Below, piece by piece: positions 1 to 12,116 of a stretch of DNA of 64,000 nucleotides. The DNA comes from Chiloscyllium plagiosum (Eukaryota). Below the pieces are notes generated by a model. That model did not search any database, had not been told where the DNA came from, and saw nothing but the letters and a program-made list of their open reading frames with translations. How positions within the stretch are numbered: position 1 is the first letter of the stretch; every line of letters begins with the position of its first letter. The position numbers and the translations under genes were made by a program. Location: positions 8,937,420 through 9,001,419 of the forward strand of contig NC_057737.1 in assembly GCF_004010195.1 (NCBI RefSeq). Direction: 5' to 3'.

Positions 1-540
1 GATGCTGCCTGACCTGCTGCGCTTTTCCAGCAACACATTTTTCAGCTCTGATCTCCAGCATCTGCAGTCCTCACTTTCTCCTAGAGAAGGAAACTGCCAG
101 CCTAGACAGGCTGAAGGCTGAAATGGGAGGTAGAGAAGCCAACATTTCAGGTGTAACCCCAGACCTCCTGATGCTACCTGGCTTGATGTGCTTGCTCTTC
201 CAGCCTCCTGCCTGTCTACTTTGGATTCCAGCATCTTCAGTTTTTTTTTTGTCTCTAATCCTTACCCAGTCTGGCCTACATATGACCAGAGACCCACAGC
301 AATGTGGTTGACTCTTAACTGCCCTCTGGGCAACTAGGGGTGGGCAATAAATGCTGGCCTTACCACATCCCATGAGTGAATAACAAAAAACTATTTTTGT
401 CGCTAATAAAAAGATGTTGGAGGGCCAAGAGCTAGTGATGGGAGGGCAGAGGGGGGGGTGTCTTAGTACCAACAGAAGAGACCGTGAGGAAGATTAGGGG
501 TTGAGGGGAAAGATTCGCACAACTCAGTGCCATCCCTTAC

Positions 541-797
541 GCCAGCCGCTTGTCGCCGGGAAACGCCTTCTCGTACGAGAGTCCGTCCAGGAGAGAGGGG
601 CCGAAGGGTCGCCCGGGCTGCTCTCTCGGGGCCGGGTCAGGCTTCTCGGTCGCCGGGCGGCCGGCAGCTGCAGCTGCAGCCTCCTCTTTCTGGGGATGGA
701 GGAGCTCGATGGGTCTCCTCCTGACGAGGCGGAGCTGCCGAGAGCCCGGGACGAGGAGAGCTCCCCAGCGGGACACGCTGCTCCTGAGCGCCGCCAT
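541..797 (-). CDS. MRM3: Mitochondrial rRNA methyltransferase 3 (RNMTL1), coding exon 1; gene continues left of window
   Basis: ATG at 797 gives MAALRSSVSRWGALLVPGSRQLRLVRRRPIELLHP...GLSYEKAFPGDKRLA, resembling human MAALVRP...VRALRRSPVKVVFP...GLRYDKAYPGDRRLS. GTAAGG donor follows 541 (phase 2). CpG-rich; head-to-head with GLOD4 as in human. Confidence 0.9.
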
Positions 798-809
798 CCC
801 AGCCAGCGG

Positions 810-895
810 GCCGCCACTGCGCCTGCGCGCACATGTAGCAAACTCCCCCACGTGGTCAGGTGACCGCGGCTGGTTACTTTGTGTCACATGACCCG
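810..895. promoter_or_regulatory. MRM3 proximal promoter (NRF1-like site, E-boxes)
   Basis: GCGCCTGCGC 819-828, CACGTG 849-854, GTCAGGTGAC 855-864, GTCACATGAC 883-892, directly upstream of the ATG in a CpG island. Confidence 0.65.
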
Positions 896-978
896 TCCAG
901 CCTGGCTGCTTGTCCCCAGTAGCCACTGTTCCCCTTTTGTAATTGATAAATACCTGCCACTCCAATTTTATTTGTGAA

Positions 979-1333
979 GTTTCCTTTACTTATTCTGGCT
1001 TTCTTTTGGGGGAAGGAAGACTTGTCACCTTGTAAAAACTCTTCAATCACACTTAGGAGTTAGTTAGCTCAGTTGGGTGGCTGGCTGGTTTGGGATGTAG
1101 AGTGATTTCCAAGTGAAACTTTATTGCTGGAACAGCACAGCAGGTCAGGCAGCATCCAGGGAACAGGAGATTCGATGTTTCGGGCACAGGCCCATGTTTC
1201 CTTTACTTATTCTGGCTTTCTTTTTGGGGAAGGAAGACTTGTCACCTTGTAAAAACTCTTCAATCACACTTAGGAGTTAGTTAGCTCAGTTGGGTGGCTG
1301 GCTGGTTTGGGATGTAGAGTGATTTCCAAGTGA
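979..1333. repeat. 138-bp direct repeat flanking a 79-bp insert
   Basis: 979-1116 matches 1196-1333 with one mismatch seen. Confidence 0.9.
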
Positions 1334-2998
1334 CCTGTACTAAGATTTCAGCTCGTGAACCACTTGGGCTCTGAATGCCCACCTGGGGAAGTCCTATCTT
1401 AAATACATCCATGCTACCTGTCTCAACTGTTCCCACTGGTAGAGTTAGACATTACCCCATCTCTCTGAGCAAAACTTCTCCCTGTTGAATTTAAATAGAC
1501 CTCACATTTTGGTATGTCCCATGAGTGGAAACATTTTAGCCTCTTCAAAGGTGGAATCTGAGCTCTTAACACCTCACTCTCCCTCTGCAGCATGACTGTT
1601 ATATTAATCTAGCTGCTTCTGGGCAAACTTTGTTTCTCCAAATTGGTTGCTAATGCTGTAAACCTTGGCCTCTACCAGGCTGGATAAATGGACCTGTATT
1701 CCTGTTGCTGAGTGTTATTTCATAACCCCTTTGACAATGTGTTTTAGTGTGAACTATAACGGGGTTAGGGATAGTAGTCCAGATATTTCCTGAGCTATAA
1801 CATAGCAGCTCACTCTGTTAGAAGTGTGCCTGGACCTCACAGATATTTTGGTAATGTTTGTAGCAAAACCAGAGATCAAGCAGGAGACACGATATTGGTT
1901 TCCAGTTGTTGATAATATACAGTTTGTTTTCTCACTCATAGGATGTGGGCTTCATGAATTAGACCAAAACCTATTGCCCATCCTTAATTGCCATCTGGAG
2001 AAGTCATGGTGAGGCCTTTTGCTAAACTGCAGGCTTTAGTTTTGGAAGGGGGAGGGGTAGGTACATCTCCAACTTTGTTAGGGAGGGAATTCCAAGATTT
2101 TGACTCAGCAACAGAGAAGGAATGCCAGTATGTTTCCAAGACAAAATGTTGAATGGCTTGAAGGTGGACTTGCAGCTGCTGGTGCTCCCATGAATGTACT
2201 GCCCTAGTCTTTCCAGGTAATGGTGGTCTGGGTTTGGAAGGTGCTAGCTAAGGTGCCTTGGTGATTGATTGCTGTGAATTGAATTCAATTTATTGTCACG
2301 TGTACTGAGGCACAGTGAAAAAGCTTTGTCTTGCGAGCAATACAGGCAGATCACATTGTACATGGCAAACACTGCTGCTACTGTACATTACTTTTGGAGG
2401 GAGTAAATATTGAAGATGTTAAGATAGGGTGCTAACCAAATAGACTGCTTTGTCCTGGGTCTCTCAAACCTGTTGAGTGTTGTTGGAGCTGCACCCATTC
2501 AGATCGGCAGGGAGAAGTTCACCACCTTCCTGACAAGTACCTTGTAGATGGTGGATAGGCTTTGGGAAAGTCAGGAGGTGAGTTACTCACCACAGAATTC
2601 CCAGCGTCTGATCTGCTCAAGTCTAGCATTTATGTGGCTAGACCTATTCAGCTGTTGGGTCGATGGTAAACTCAAGATGTTGAGCTTCAGTAACATGACA
2701 TTATCCTTGAAACAAACATTTCACTTGTTTTCCTCAAATAGTTTTATATGAATAATCCTCCCACTAGCTGATGGCCTGATTAGGATACTCAAGTCTGGGA
2801 TGACTCCCTCTCTTTCCCATCTTTAGATCTTCCTCTGGAACTTTCCATGTAACACATTCCCAAAGTGAAATTAAAAACCCAAAAGAACTGCAGATGCGAA
2901 AAATCAGAAACAAAAATAGAAATTGCTAGAAAAACTCAGCAGGTCTGGCAGCATCTGCGGAGAGAAATAAGTGTTGACATTTCAGGATCAATGACCCT

Positions 2999-3575
2999 AT
3001 CTGTGTGGAGTTTGCACATTCTCTCCGTGTCTGCGTGGGTTTCCTCTGGGTGTTCTGGTTTCCTCCCACAGTCTAAAGATGTGCAGGTCAGGTGAGCTGA
3101 CCATGCTAAATTGTGCATAGTGTTCAGAGTGTATTAGTCAGGGGTAAATGTAGAGTAATAGGGTAGGGGAATTTTTTTTAAAGAATCCCTGCTGTGTTGA
3201 AACAGGCCCTTCGGCCCAACAAGTCCACACTGACCCTTAGAAGAGTATCCCACCCAGATCCATTCCCTTACCCTATACTTACCTCTGACTAATGTACCTA
3301 CGACAATTTAGCATGACCAATCCACCTAACCTGCACATCTTTGGACTGTGGGAGGAAAAAGGAGGACCCGGAAGAAACCCACACAGACAAAGGGAGAATG
3401 TGCAAACTCCACACAGACAGTCGCCTGAGGCTGAAACCGAACCCTGGTCCCTAGCGTTGTGAGGCAGCAGTGCTAACCACTGTGCCGCCTGGTCTGGGTG
3501 AGTTACTCTTTGGAGGGTCAGTGTAGACTTGTTGGGCTGAAGGGCCTGTTTGCACACTGTGGGTATTCTATTCTG
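2999..3575. mobile_element. Nested HE1/V-SINEs: plus copy (2999-3171, 3490-3575) interrupted by a minus copy (about 3172-3489)
   Basis: V-domain TGTGTGGAGTTTGCACATTCTC..CCTCCCACAGTC in both orientations; plus copy resumes at GGTCTGGGTG. Confidence 0.85.
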
Positions 3576-3769
3576 TGACCCTTCTTCAGAACTAGATTGT
3601 AAATGACCTGATGAGTGCTTGTGCTTTTGTTTCTGATTTTGGGGCGCTATTTGCTTTTTGTTTATGCACAATTTGTTTCCCCAGGGCGGAATGAGACAAC
3701 ATTGAGATTGTAGCTTTCTGATATCTTAAAAAAAAATGACCTGACTGGAGCAGAGCTTAATGAAGAGCT

Positions 3770-3835
3770 GGCTGCGCGCATGCGCCTGGGAGCAGATTGT
3801 AGCAAGTTGGGATTGGATCATGTGATCAGCTGGGT
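3770..3835. promoter_or_regulatory. GLOD4 proximal promoter (NRF1 palindrome, CCAAT, M-box-like E-box)
   Basis: GCGCATGCGC 3776-3785, ATTGG 3812-3816, TCATGTGA 3818-3825. Confidence 0.65.
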
Positions 3836-3872
3836 CTGGTGTGGAGGCTGCACTCCCTGTCCCTCTGCCACT

Positions 3873-3962
3873 ATGGTGTTGGGTAGGGCGCTGCATTTTG
3901 TCTTTAAAGTGGGAGACCGAGCCCGGACCGTCGCATTTTACAGGGATATTCTGGGCATGGTT
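3873..3962 (+). CDS. GLOD4: Glyoxalase domain-containing 4, coding exon 1
   Basis: [30 protein letters not shown] (human [30 protein letters not shown]); 90 nt, GTGAGT donor. Confidence 0.96.
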
Positions 3963-4159
3963 GTGAGTTTGCTGTTTCTAATTGTACTCTTGTAAACCTG
4001 AAGGCAACGCTTCAACAACATCGTGTCGGCAGCTCTGTGTTGTGTAACCCTAGGTGCTGTGTCCCAGCAATGTTTCCAGTCCCCTCTCACCCTTGCCTGA
4101 CTTGGGGAGGCTTGAGTTGAAACGGTGGCGCTGGGCAAAAAAAAAAGCACAGCAGACTC

Positions 4160-4331
4160 CCAGGAGCAGGAGGATCGACGCTTCAAGCATAAGCCCTTCT
4201 GCAGGATTTAATTCCTGATGAGGGGTTTATGCCAGACTCTCCTGCTCCTCGGATGCTGCCTGACCTGCTGTGCTTTTCCAGCACCACACTCCAACTCTGA
4301 TCTCCAACATCTGCAGTCCTCACTTTCTCCT
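4160..4331. mobile_element. Palindromic Penelope-derived short element
   Basis: Partial left arm plus full right arm; same family also at 1-81, 1120-1193 and 46638-46697. Confidence 0.7.
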
Positions 4332-6738
4332 TAGTGGAAATGGTGCCTTTTCAGTTATAACTGCAAAACAAAAATGCAAGATAGGCCTTATTTTTGCAAA
4401 GAAGGTACACACCGTAAAGGTTTAACCTTTTTTTTAATGGTTGGGTAAATGATTTGTTATCATTCTGATTTGTTCAGAAAGTGCATGCATACAACCTCCA
4501 GATGTTCCATACAATGTTTCAATGCCAGGGGAGTCGCTCTGGTTAAAGTAAGTGGCATGACAAATTACTGACCTACTTTAACTGGATTGTAAGTACCACT
4601 GAAAAATATGACAAAGCCCCTGGTTTTTAAAAAACTTCATGCAGAAACACAAAGTCTGTTCTTCTGTCGACAGTGTAAAGTTAAATGCAAGTTCCTGCCA
4701 ACCCTAGAATAAATAGATGGTCATAAATCAAAATTACATCTCAAAACTCTGCATTTTAAAAAAATCTGTACACAAACCAAATGCGATTCTAAAGGGAATA
4801 TGCGAGCAGAAGGATTTAGAGGTATTTATGGACCAAGTGTTGAAGATGGTGGTGGGACAAGCATCCAGGATCCTGAGCTTTTTAAATGGAAGTTTGGAGT
4901 ATTACTCAATATTATAATAAAACGCTGGTTTGGCCTCAGAAGGTGGATGGTATGTATCCAGTTCTGATCACTGAACCTGAGAGCATTGGAAAGACAAATG
5001 GACCTGGTTTAGAGCTTGCCAGACTTCATCTCCAAGGATAGATTGGTATGGCTGCAGTTTGGGAGGGAAGGTCGAGATTTGATAAGAGTCAAGACACAGG
5101 AGATAGGGACAAATTGTTTCCATTAATGGAAGAGTTGAGAACCAGAGGAAACAGGTTTAAAATATTTAGCAAAGCAGTGGCATTGATATGAGGAATTTCC
5201 ACAGAGTGGTTAGGATCTGAAATGTACCGAAATTGCAAAAAGGTAATTGGAAAATTATCTGAAGAGAAAATTTGCTGCAGGGGAAGGGAGAGAAGGGTAG
5301 TGGAAATATTCTTGCAAAGAGCTAGCATAGATGAAGTGGGCTGAATGGCAGCCTCCTGTGTTATGATTCTGTAAGGACAAAACTTGCTTGATTGATTGCC
5401 CCATCTAACATTTAACACCAACACCCTCTCTCAGTAATACTCCACTGTATTAGGTACCATCTATAGTATGCAATGCAATGTTTCCATAGACAGCATTTCC
5501 AAATCCTAAACCTTTATCAGCAAGAAGGACAAAGGGCAGCAGATACATAGCACACCACCAACTGCAAGCTCCCCTACCAATCTCCACTTTCTGCTGAGTC
5601 TTCACAGTCCACCCATCTCCAGCTCCTTCATGTTCTCAGCTCTCTGATCATCCAATATTAAAATCCTCAGTCAGATTTTAGTCACCTCAGGACTTGACCA
5701 ATCCAATGTGCTGCTGGCTGGTTCCAATCTTCTACCATTTGGAGGCTTGAGATCATCCAAACCCTCTGCTAAGTGATGTCCTAATTCTCAAGTCCTGGTC
5801 TTCTATCACCTCTGATATACACTCCATCCTGGCCAAGCAATGCCTTCCATTTAAACATTCTGTAGCCTGTTGAGCATCTTTGATGTAATTGCTGCACACA
5901 CCTGAGGGCAGTGTTTTCAGTTGCCTCTCCCAAAACTCTGGGACACTTCCTTTAAGATGCTCCTAAAAACCGACATCTGCTTTTGGTCATCAGTCATGAA
6001 ACTACTTAATCAGATATCATGTCTGCTTTTGCTTTAGAATGTTTCCAGAATCAAAGAGGTCTACAGCATGGAAAAAGGCCTTTCGGCCCATCGAGTCAAA
6101 AACAAATTGTTCTCACAATTCCATATTTCACTTTTGTTCCATAGCCTTGTATGCCTTGGCATCACAAATGAGCATCTAAAGTATATTTGGGGGGATACTA
6201 AATTAACTTAAAATCACTATACATTGAGTGATTTAGTGCAGTGTTTTGGGTCCTGCAGCCGCCTCATTGCCCATAGATTAGTGAATCAAAACGTTCCTTG
6301 CTTCACATTGTTGCTAGGGATTGTTGACAGGATGAAACTGAACTTTGGTTTCCCGCCGAGGCATTTGGATGGGTATATGAATAGGAAGGGTTTGGAGGGA
6401 TATGGGTCGGGTGCTGGCAGGTGGGACTAGATTGGGTTGGGATATCTGGTCGGCATGGAAGGGTTGGACTGAAGGGTCTGTTTCCATCCTGTACATCTCT
6501 ATGACACAGCTTCATGGTTTGCCTGCGCCCCTCAGTCAGACAACGTGTGACAGAACAGATACCACAATGGCATCTCCGAGAAAGTGCAGTGCTTGTGCGA
6601 TCGCATTCACTCCCAATAAAGCTGCAGTAAAGTGATGGTGGGGTTTGGGAGGGCAGTGGGGCAGTTTAGCTAATGAAGGCAGTTTGGGAGGCCATTTGTA
6701 ATGGCTTTGACTTTCTCATGTTGGATGTTTTTTTGCAG

Positions 6739-6788
6739 GTTCTGAGACATGAGGAGTTTGAAGAAGGATGCAAAGCAAGCTGCAATGG
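6739..6788 (+). CDS. GLOD4: GLOD4 exon 2
   Basis: ttttgcag acceptor; [17 protein letters not shown]; 50 nt; GTGTGT donor. Confidence 0.96.
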
Positions 6789-7049
6789 GTGTGTAAAGCC
6801 TTTTCTTGACTGTTTGTGGACGAAAAGCTTGACAGACCTATAGATTATGCACTTTTCTCTTGCTTTCCAATGGTTTGTAAGCCTCTGATCCTGAATAATT
6901 GCCTGAATGAGTGCAAGGTTGTGTTGGGAATGTTAATGAACCTATTCATTAAAGAATCCTCTATAGGTGATGGGTTTGCTCATGGGGTGTGAGCGGGGGC
7001 AAGAGAAAGAAAGATTTTCCTCATTTGTAATAAAACACTTTAAAATATA

Positions 7050-8610
7050 TTTTTATTTAAAAAACAGATTCTTTTTAATATTACAACAAGTACAAAACAA
7101 TATAATTCTAAACACAAAAAAACACAAGAAACAAAGTAAAAAAACCCAAATCACCCACGTGTACAAATGTATAAATATATATAGAAAAGTATAGGACTTT
7201 TAAAAAACCCTACTAACTATTGAACTAAATAAATAATAACCAACAACAAACTAATAGATAGTAATAACTCAACTCGGCCAAACAAGATACTCAGACGTTC
7301 ACACTTCCTCCTCCCCAGATGCTGGACTCGTAAAACACAATCATTACGGCTATATAAAAGCCCTTATAGTGTGGCACATAAATCTGTCTCCAGATATTCC
7401 AAAAAGGGCTGCCATGTCTTATAAAAATTCTAAGTTTTGTGGTGTACCATACTTGTGAGAAAATCCAAGGGGATATGCTCCAACCCAAAAGGCTCGGTGG
7501 TTTTTCGGATACAAATCCTAGCAAGATATTCTTTCTTGCGCAAAAAGTGAGGATATTGAAAAGTATTTTTCTTAGACGCATCTGCAGGGAATGCACTGGG
7601 CAGGCCAAGAGGGGGAGAGGTCAGGTCCTTCTCCACCCTTACACCCAAAATCCTCTCCATTGCACCTGCCACAGCACTCCAGTATGTTTGAAGCCTACCA
7701 CAGGACCAGAGACTATGGGTAAGAGTGCCCGCACAAACCTTGCACTTGGGACATGTTGAAGATACCCCTGGTTTAAATTGTGACAAACTGTCCAGAGCCA
7801 AGTGGACCCTGTGGAGAATCTTCCAATGTAAAGCATTGTCCTATTGCAAATTGATATCTTTCTTGCGTTTTTCCAAACATCTTTCCACGTCTCTGAGGAG
7901 ACTTCAACATTTAGCGCTCTCTCCCACACCCTGCAGAGTCGATCGAACTCATCTGAGGGGCCACCCCCCCCAACTGATGATATAAAGTGCTGACAGAAAG
8001 CGTACTCTTAGCACTGAGCATCCTCCTCTCAAAGTCGGATTTGTAGGGATCAGTCAAAAATGTAGTCTTTTTTTTTAATAAAATCCCTAACTTGAAAAAA
8101 ATGAAAAAGGTCCCTGTTAGATAGCTCGTATTATCGTGCTAACTGATCAAAGGACATCATTGTGTCTCCCTCAAATAAATCGCCCATGCAAGACACATCC
8201 CTAGCTGCCCAATGTTTGATTCCTGAATCTATCATCCCCAGTTGAAAACCTGGCATACCCATTATAGGTGGAAGAGAAGATATTTTGCCAATATTGCCTT
8301 TCCTCCGCCGAATTGCCTTCCATGCTTTAACAGTGTTTAAAATTAATGGGTTATGGCAATATTCCCTAATTGTCCTCATTTTGTCCAAAAACAGCAAGCT
8401 AGTAAGGGGGCACCTTGCCTGGGAGGTTTCAATATTTAACCATATTGAAAGAGTCCCCAATGGCCCAATCACTCACGTAGGATAAAAGCGAGCTTAGGTG
8501 GTAGCTTTTAATGTCTGGGAGATCCACTCCCCCCAATCTGTGAGGCAACTGTAGTTTAGATAATTTAATGAGAGGCCACTTACGATGCCAAATAAAAGAA
8601 ACACTACGTG
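7050..8610 (-). mobile_element. L1/Tx1-clade LINE, 3' part of ORF2 plus 3' UTR (degenerate)
   Basis: Frameshifted WERALNVEVSSETWKDVW..ISICNR and CCHC knuckle CPKCKVCAGTLTHSLWSC. Confidence 0.8.
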
Positions 8611-10959
8611 GACCTGTTGATCTACCGCTGGTGGGTTAATATCATGGAATATGGGTTTACTTATACAGGATTTTAAGAAGCTGGTTCACTAATACCTTCT
8701 AGAAGGCAGTTAGGGTTCGGCAATAAATGTTGGCTTTTCATAGATGTCTACATTCCATCACAATTTAAAAATGGATGTCCATTGCCAAAGGAACCATAAC
8801 CTGGCCAGGAGTCAACACCTTTAAGCAAAATGTAAGGAAGACACAGGAAAAAGAGAATTCAACTGATGAAACCATGAAATTTGATATATATATAGGAGGC
8901 AGGGAGGTACTGAGGAAAGTTGAAAGTAACTGAAGAACGCACTTCGGCCAGGAGTGTAAAGATCTTACTAATTTGATGCTTGGATCTCATTACCACTTTT
9001 TAAATTCTGTTTCATATCTAGCAGATGGTTGAAATTGACAGGCTGTCAAAAGAGAAAACCGCTGCAGGAAATCGCTGTCAGAGTGACTTTGAGGGACAGT
9101 CCCTGAAATCAAGAGATGTGTAGACTGCAGTTCAGGGCTTAGGGTTGAGGGTGAGGAAGGTGCGGTCTGTTGTGATTGCTGGAGAGAGTACAGAGAGGCC
9201 ATTACTGGTAGAAGGGAGGCTAAAGTCTTCCCCAAGTAATCCAGAGGAATCCTCCTGCTTCTCCTGGTTCATGAGTAGTGCTGCAGAAGGCGACTAACAT
9301 TTTTAGAGACAGCAGCAAGTAAATTTACATCAAGCTCACAATTGAACTATGGAAACCTGATTTACAAATGTTGATAAAGTGTCCACTCTTCAATGGTGGG
9401 ACACTCACACCTTCTGTTGTCCACATGTGGAAAAGGAGCAATGTGTACATGGGTTTGCTTCTCACATTGCTCATTTTTTTAAGGTTTAAACCATCCCCTC
9501 TACCCCAGCCTTGCCCCACCAATTATGAGTGGGTTAGTTTTTAACATCTTGAAGTTTAATCATCCCTTACCATTTGTTCTGGAGAAAGACTATGAGGAGC
9601 CAAATACAGTTGCACTGGGGTGAAAATGTTCTCTTTACCAGCTATGTTGTTTAAAACAAAATGTACATTTAAAATAAAACGTAATGTGGTAAGCATTCCC
9701 AGCTAAAACATTGAGACACTCACATATTCATGTGTAATTTAAATATTTTCTATTATTATTATTTCAGATTCCCCTTCAATGGCAACATTACCTCAAGTTA
9801 TTTGAATTGAGACATACTTGGTGATTATAACACGTGCCAAGGAAATCAATAAGGGAAGTGTTTTTCACCAGTCAGCTATTTTTGTTCTCTGCAGTTTTTG
9901 TTGGTTTCAGAGAATAGTTTTCACCACATGACTGCCACCTGTAATGAATGATTAATATTTGCAACACAATTGATCTATTGCCTACAACAATAACTTGTGT
10001 TCATATAGCACATTGTAAAAAGTTCCAAAGCACTTCACAGGACAAGGGTCAGCACACGGCCAAAGCAGAGGACATGAGGACATTTGGCCAAATGTTCAGA
10101 TAAATGGGTACATTTTCATGAGCTTCCTGAAGGAGGTAGGGTGACATAAAGGTCTAGTGAGGAAATTCCAACGTTTGGAGTCAAAACATACGGGAAGCAG
10201 ACAGGAAAATGAAGTTGAGACTACAGTCAGATTGCAATGACCTCAGTGAATGGTGGTGCAGGATTGAGGGTCGAATTGCCCATTCCTTCTAAATTCATTG
10301 TTCCAGAGTTGGAGCCCAGATCATTAAAGACAAAGTTATTAATGACAGGGTAGAGGAAGTAAGGGATGCACAAGATTGCCTAATGGTATTATCACTCGAC
10401 TAATAATCTGGAGACACAGATAATGTTCTGGGGACCTGGGTTTGGATCCCACCATTGCAGATGATGGAATTTGAATTTGTTGAAAAAAATCTGGAAATAA
10501 AAGTCTAGGGATTACCTTGAATCCATTACTGTTTGATGGAAAAACCCATATGATTCACTAATGTCTTTTAGGGAAGGTAACTGCCATCCTTGCCTGGTTT
10601 GGTCTACATGTGACTCCAAACCCACAGCAAAGACACTGGCTCTTAACTACCTTCCAGAGAATTTGGGATGGGTAATGAATGCTGGCCTGGCCAGTGATGC
10701 CCACATCCTGTGAACTAATTTTACAAAGGCCAGAATTGGAATAGGACAATGTTGTCAGAGGTTTGTAGGACTATTGGAGGTTCCAGTCATGGAATGCCCT
10801 GCCAGTAGCAGTGGTGGACTCTCCCTCTTTATGGGCATTTAAACGGGCATTGGATAGGCATATGGAGGATAGTGGGCTAGTGTAGGTTAGGTGGGCTTGG
10901 ATCGGCGCAACATCGAGGGCCAAAGGGCCTGTACTGCGCTGTATTTTTCTATGTTCTAT

Positions 10960-11910
10960 AAACATATTGAGCATCGGGCCTGACAATATGTTTATAAATT
11001 CCTTATAGAATTCGCTGGGAAGTCCATCAGGACTGGGTGCCTTTCCACTCTGAAGCTGCTTCACAGCCTCCTGCACTGATAAGGGAGTATTGAGAAAAGA
11101 CTCTCGTTCAGGGGTCACGCCTGGGAGTTCCAGATCCTTTAAAAGAAATCTATTTTGGCCCAACCCTCCTCACACCGTCAGACTGGTGTAACTTAGAGGA
11201 CAATCTCTGGAATGCCACTTTAATCTTTTGAGAATCACATGTTAGGTTCCCAGATCCTTCCCTAATCGCCGTAATGGCTTGAGGGGCACTCCTTTTCCTG
11301 GCGCGATATGCCAAGTATTTGCCTGGCCTGTCACCATGCTCGTACAACTTTTGCTTTGCAAAGTAAGCCCCTTCTTTGCTGTCTGCGTGAGCACGGATTT
11401 CAATGCAGACAGCAGCGCCGTAATCCTCTGTAGCTTGACCAATGAAGGCATGTCAAAGTAAGCCTTCTCGGCTGCTTTCAACCGTGCTTCATGGAGAAGT
11501 TGCTGCTCACCTTTCTGCCGCTTCCTACTGGCAGAGTAGGGAATAACTAATCCCCTGGCATAGGCCTTGGCAGTTTCCCAAAGGACGATGGGCTGCTACC
11601 CAAGCCTGAGTTAATGTGTAGGAACACCCGAAATTCCCTAGAGAAATACTCCACAAATTTATTATCCTTAAGGATAAAGGGATCCATTCGCCAGTGTCTT
11701 GAACCCTCTGTCATGTCCTCTTAACCAAAAGGTACAGTGGAGTGTGATCAGAAATGTTTAAAAAAAAAAACAATCGTACAAGATGCCACCAAGTCTAGGG
11801 TTGCCACAGGGGTCAGAAAAAAATCTCTCCTGGTGTGACATCTGTGTGGATTGGAAAAAAAAACGTAAAATCCCTGTCTGTCGGGTGGAGACGCCTCCAG
11901 ACGCCCACTT
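10960..11910 (-). mobile_element. L1/Tx1-clade LINE, ORF2 endonuclease end to RT start (degenerate)
   Basis: YEHGDRPGKYLAY and GKAPSPDGLPSEFYKEF motifs. Confidence 0.8.
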
Positions 11911-12116
11911 GGATTTGTGCTCTGTCGTTTCCTAAAAATTGAATTCCCTCTGGTTCTTGTTTATTTGCGCACTCTCACAAATAAACCTGGAACCTGTGGC
12001 TAGCCTGATTCTGTAGCTTGCGGGATATCTCTCTGCATCAAGGATAGCTGTCTGGAAGTATCTCCCACTCTTATCACAGTGGTATCTATTGGAAAGGTTT
12101 GATAATCAACCTGTTT

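Noticed and set aside
501-965. Several overlapping ORFs on both strands
   Set aside because: By-products of the GC-rich MRM3 exon 1; only the frame starting at 797 on the minus strand matches a known protein.
3780-3872. In-frame upstream ATG giving a 31-aa N-terminal extension of GLOD4
   Set aside because: The ATG lies inside the NRF1 palindrome, probably upstream of the transcription start, and homology begins at 3873.
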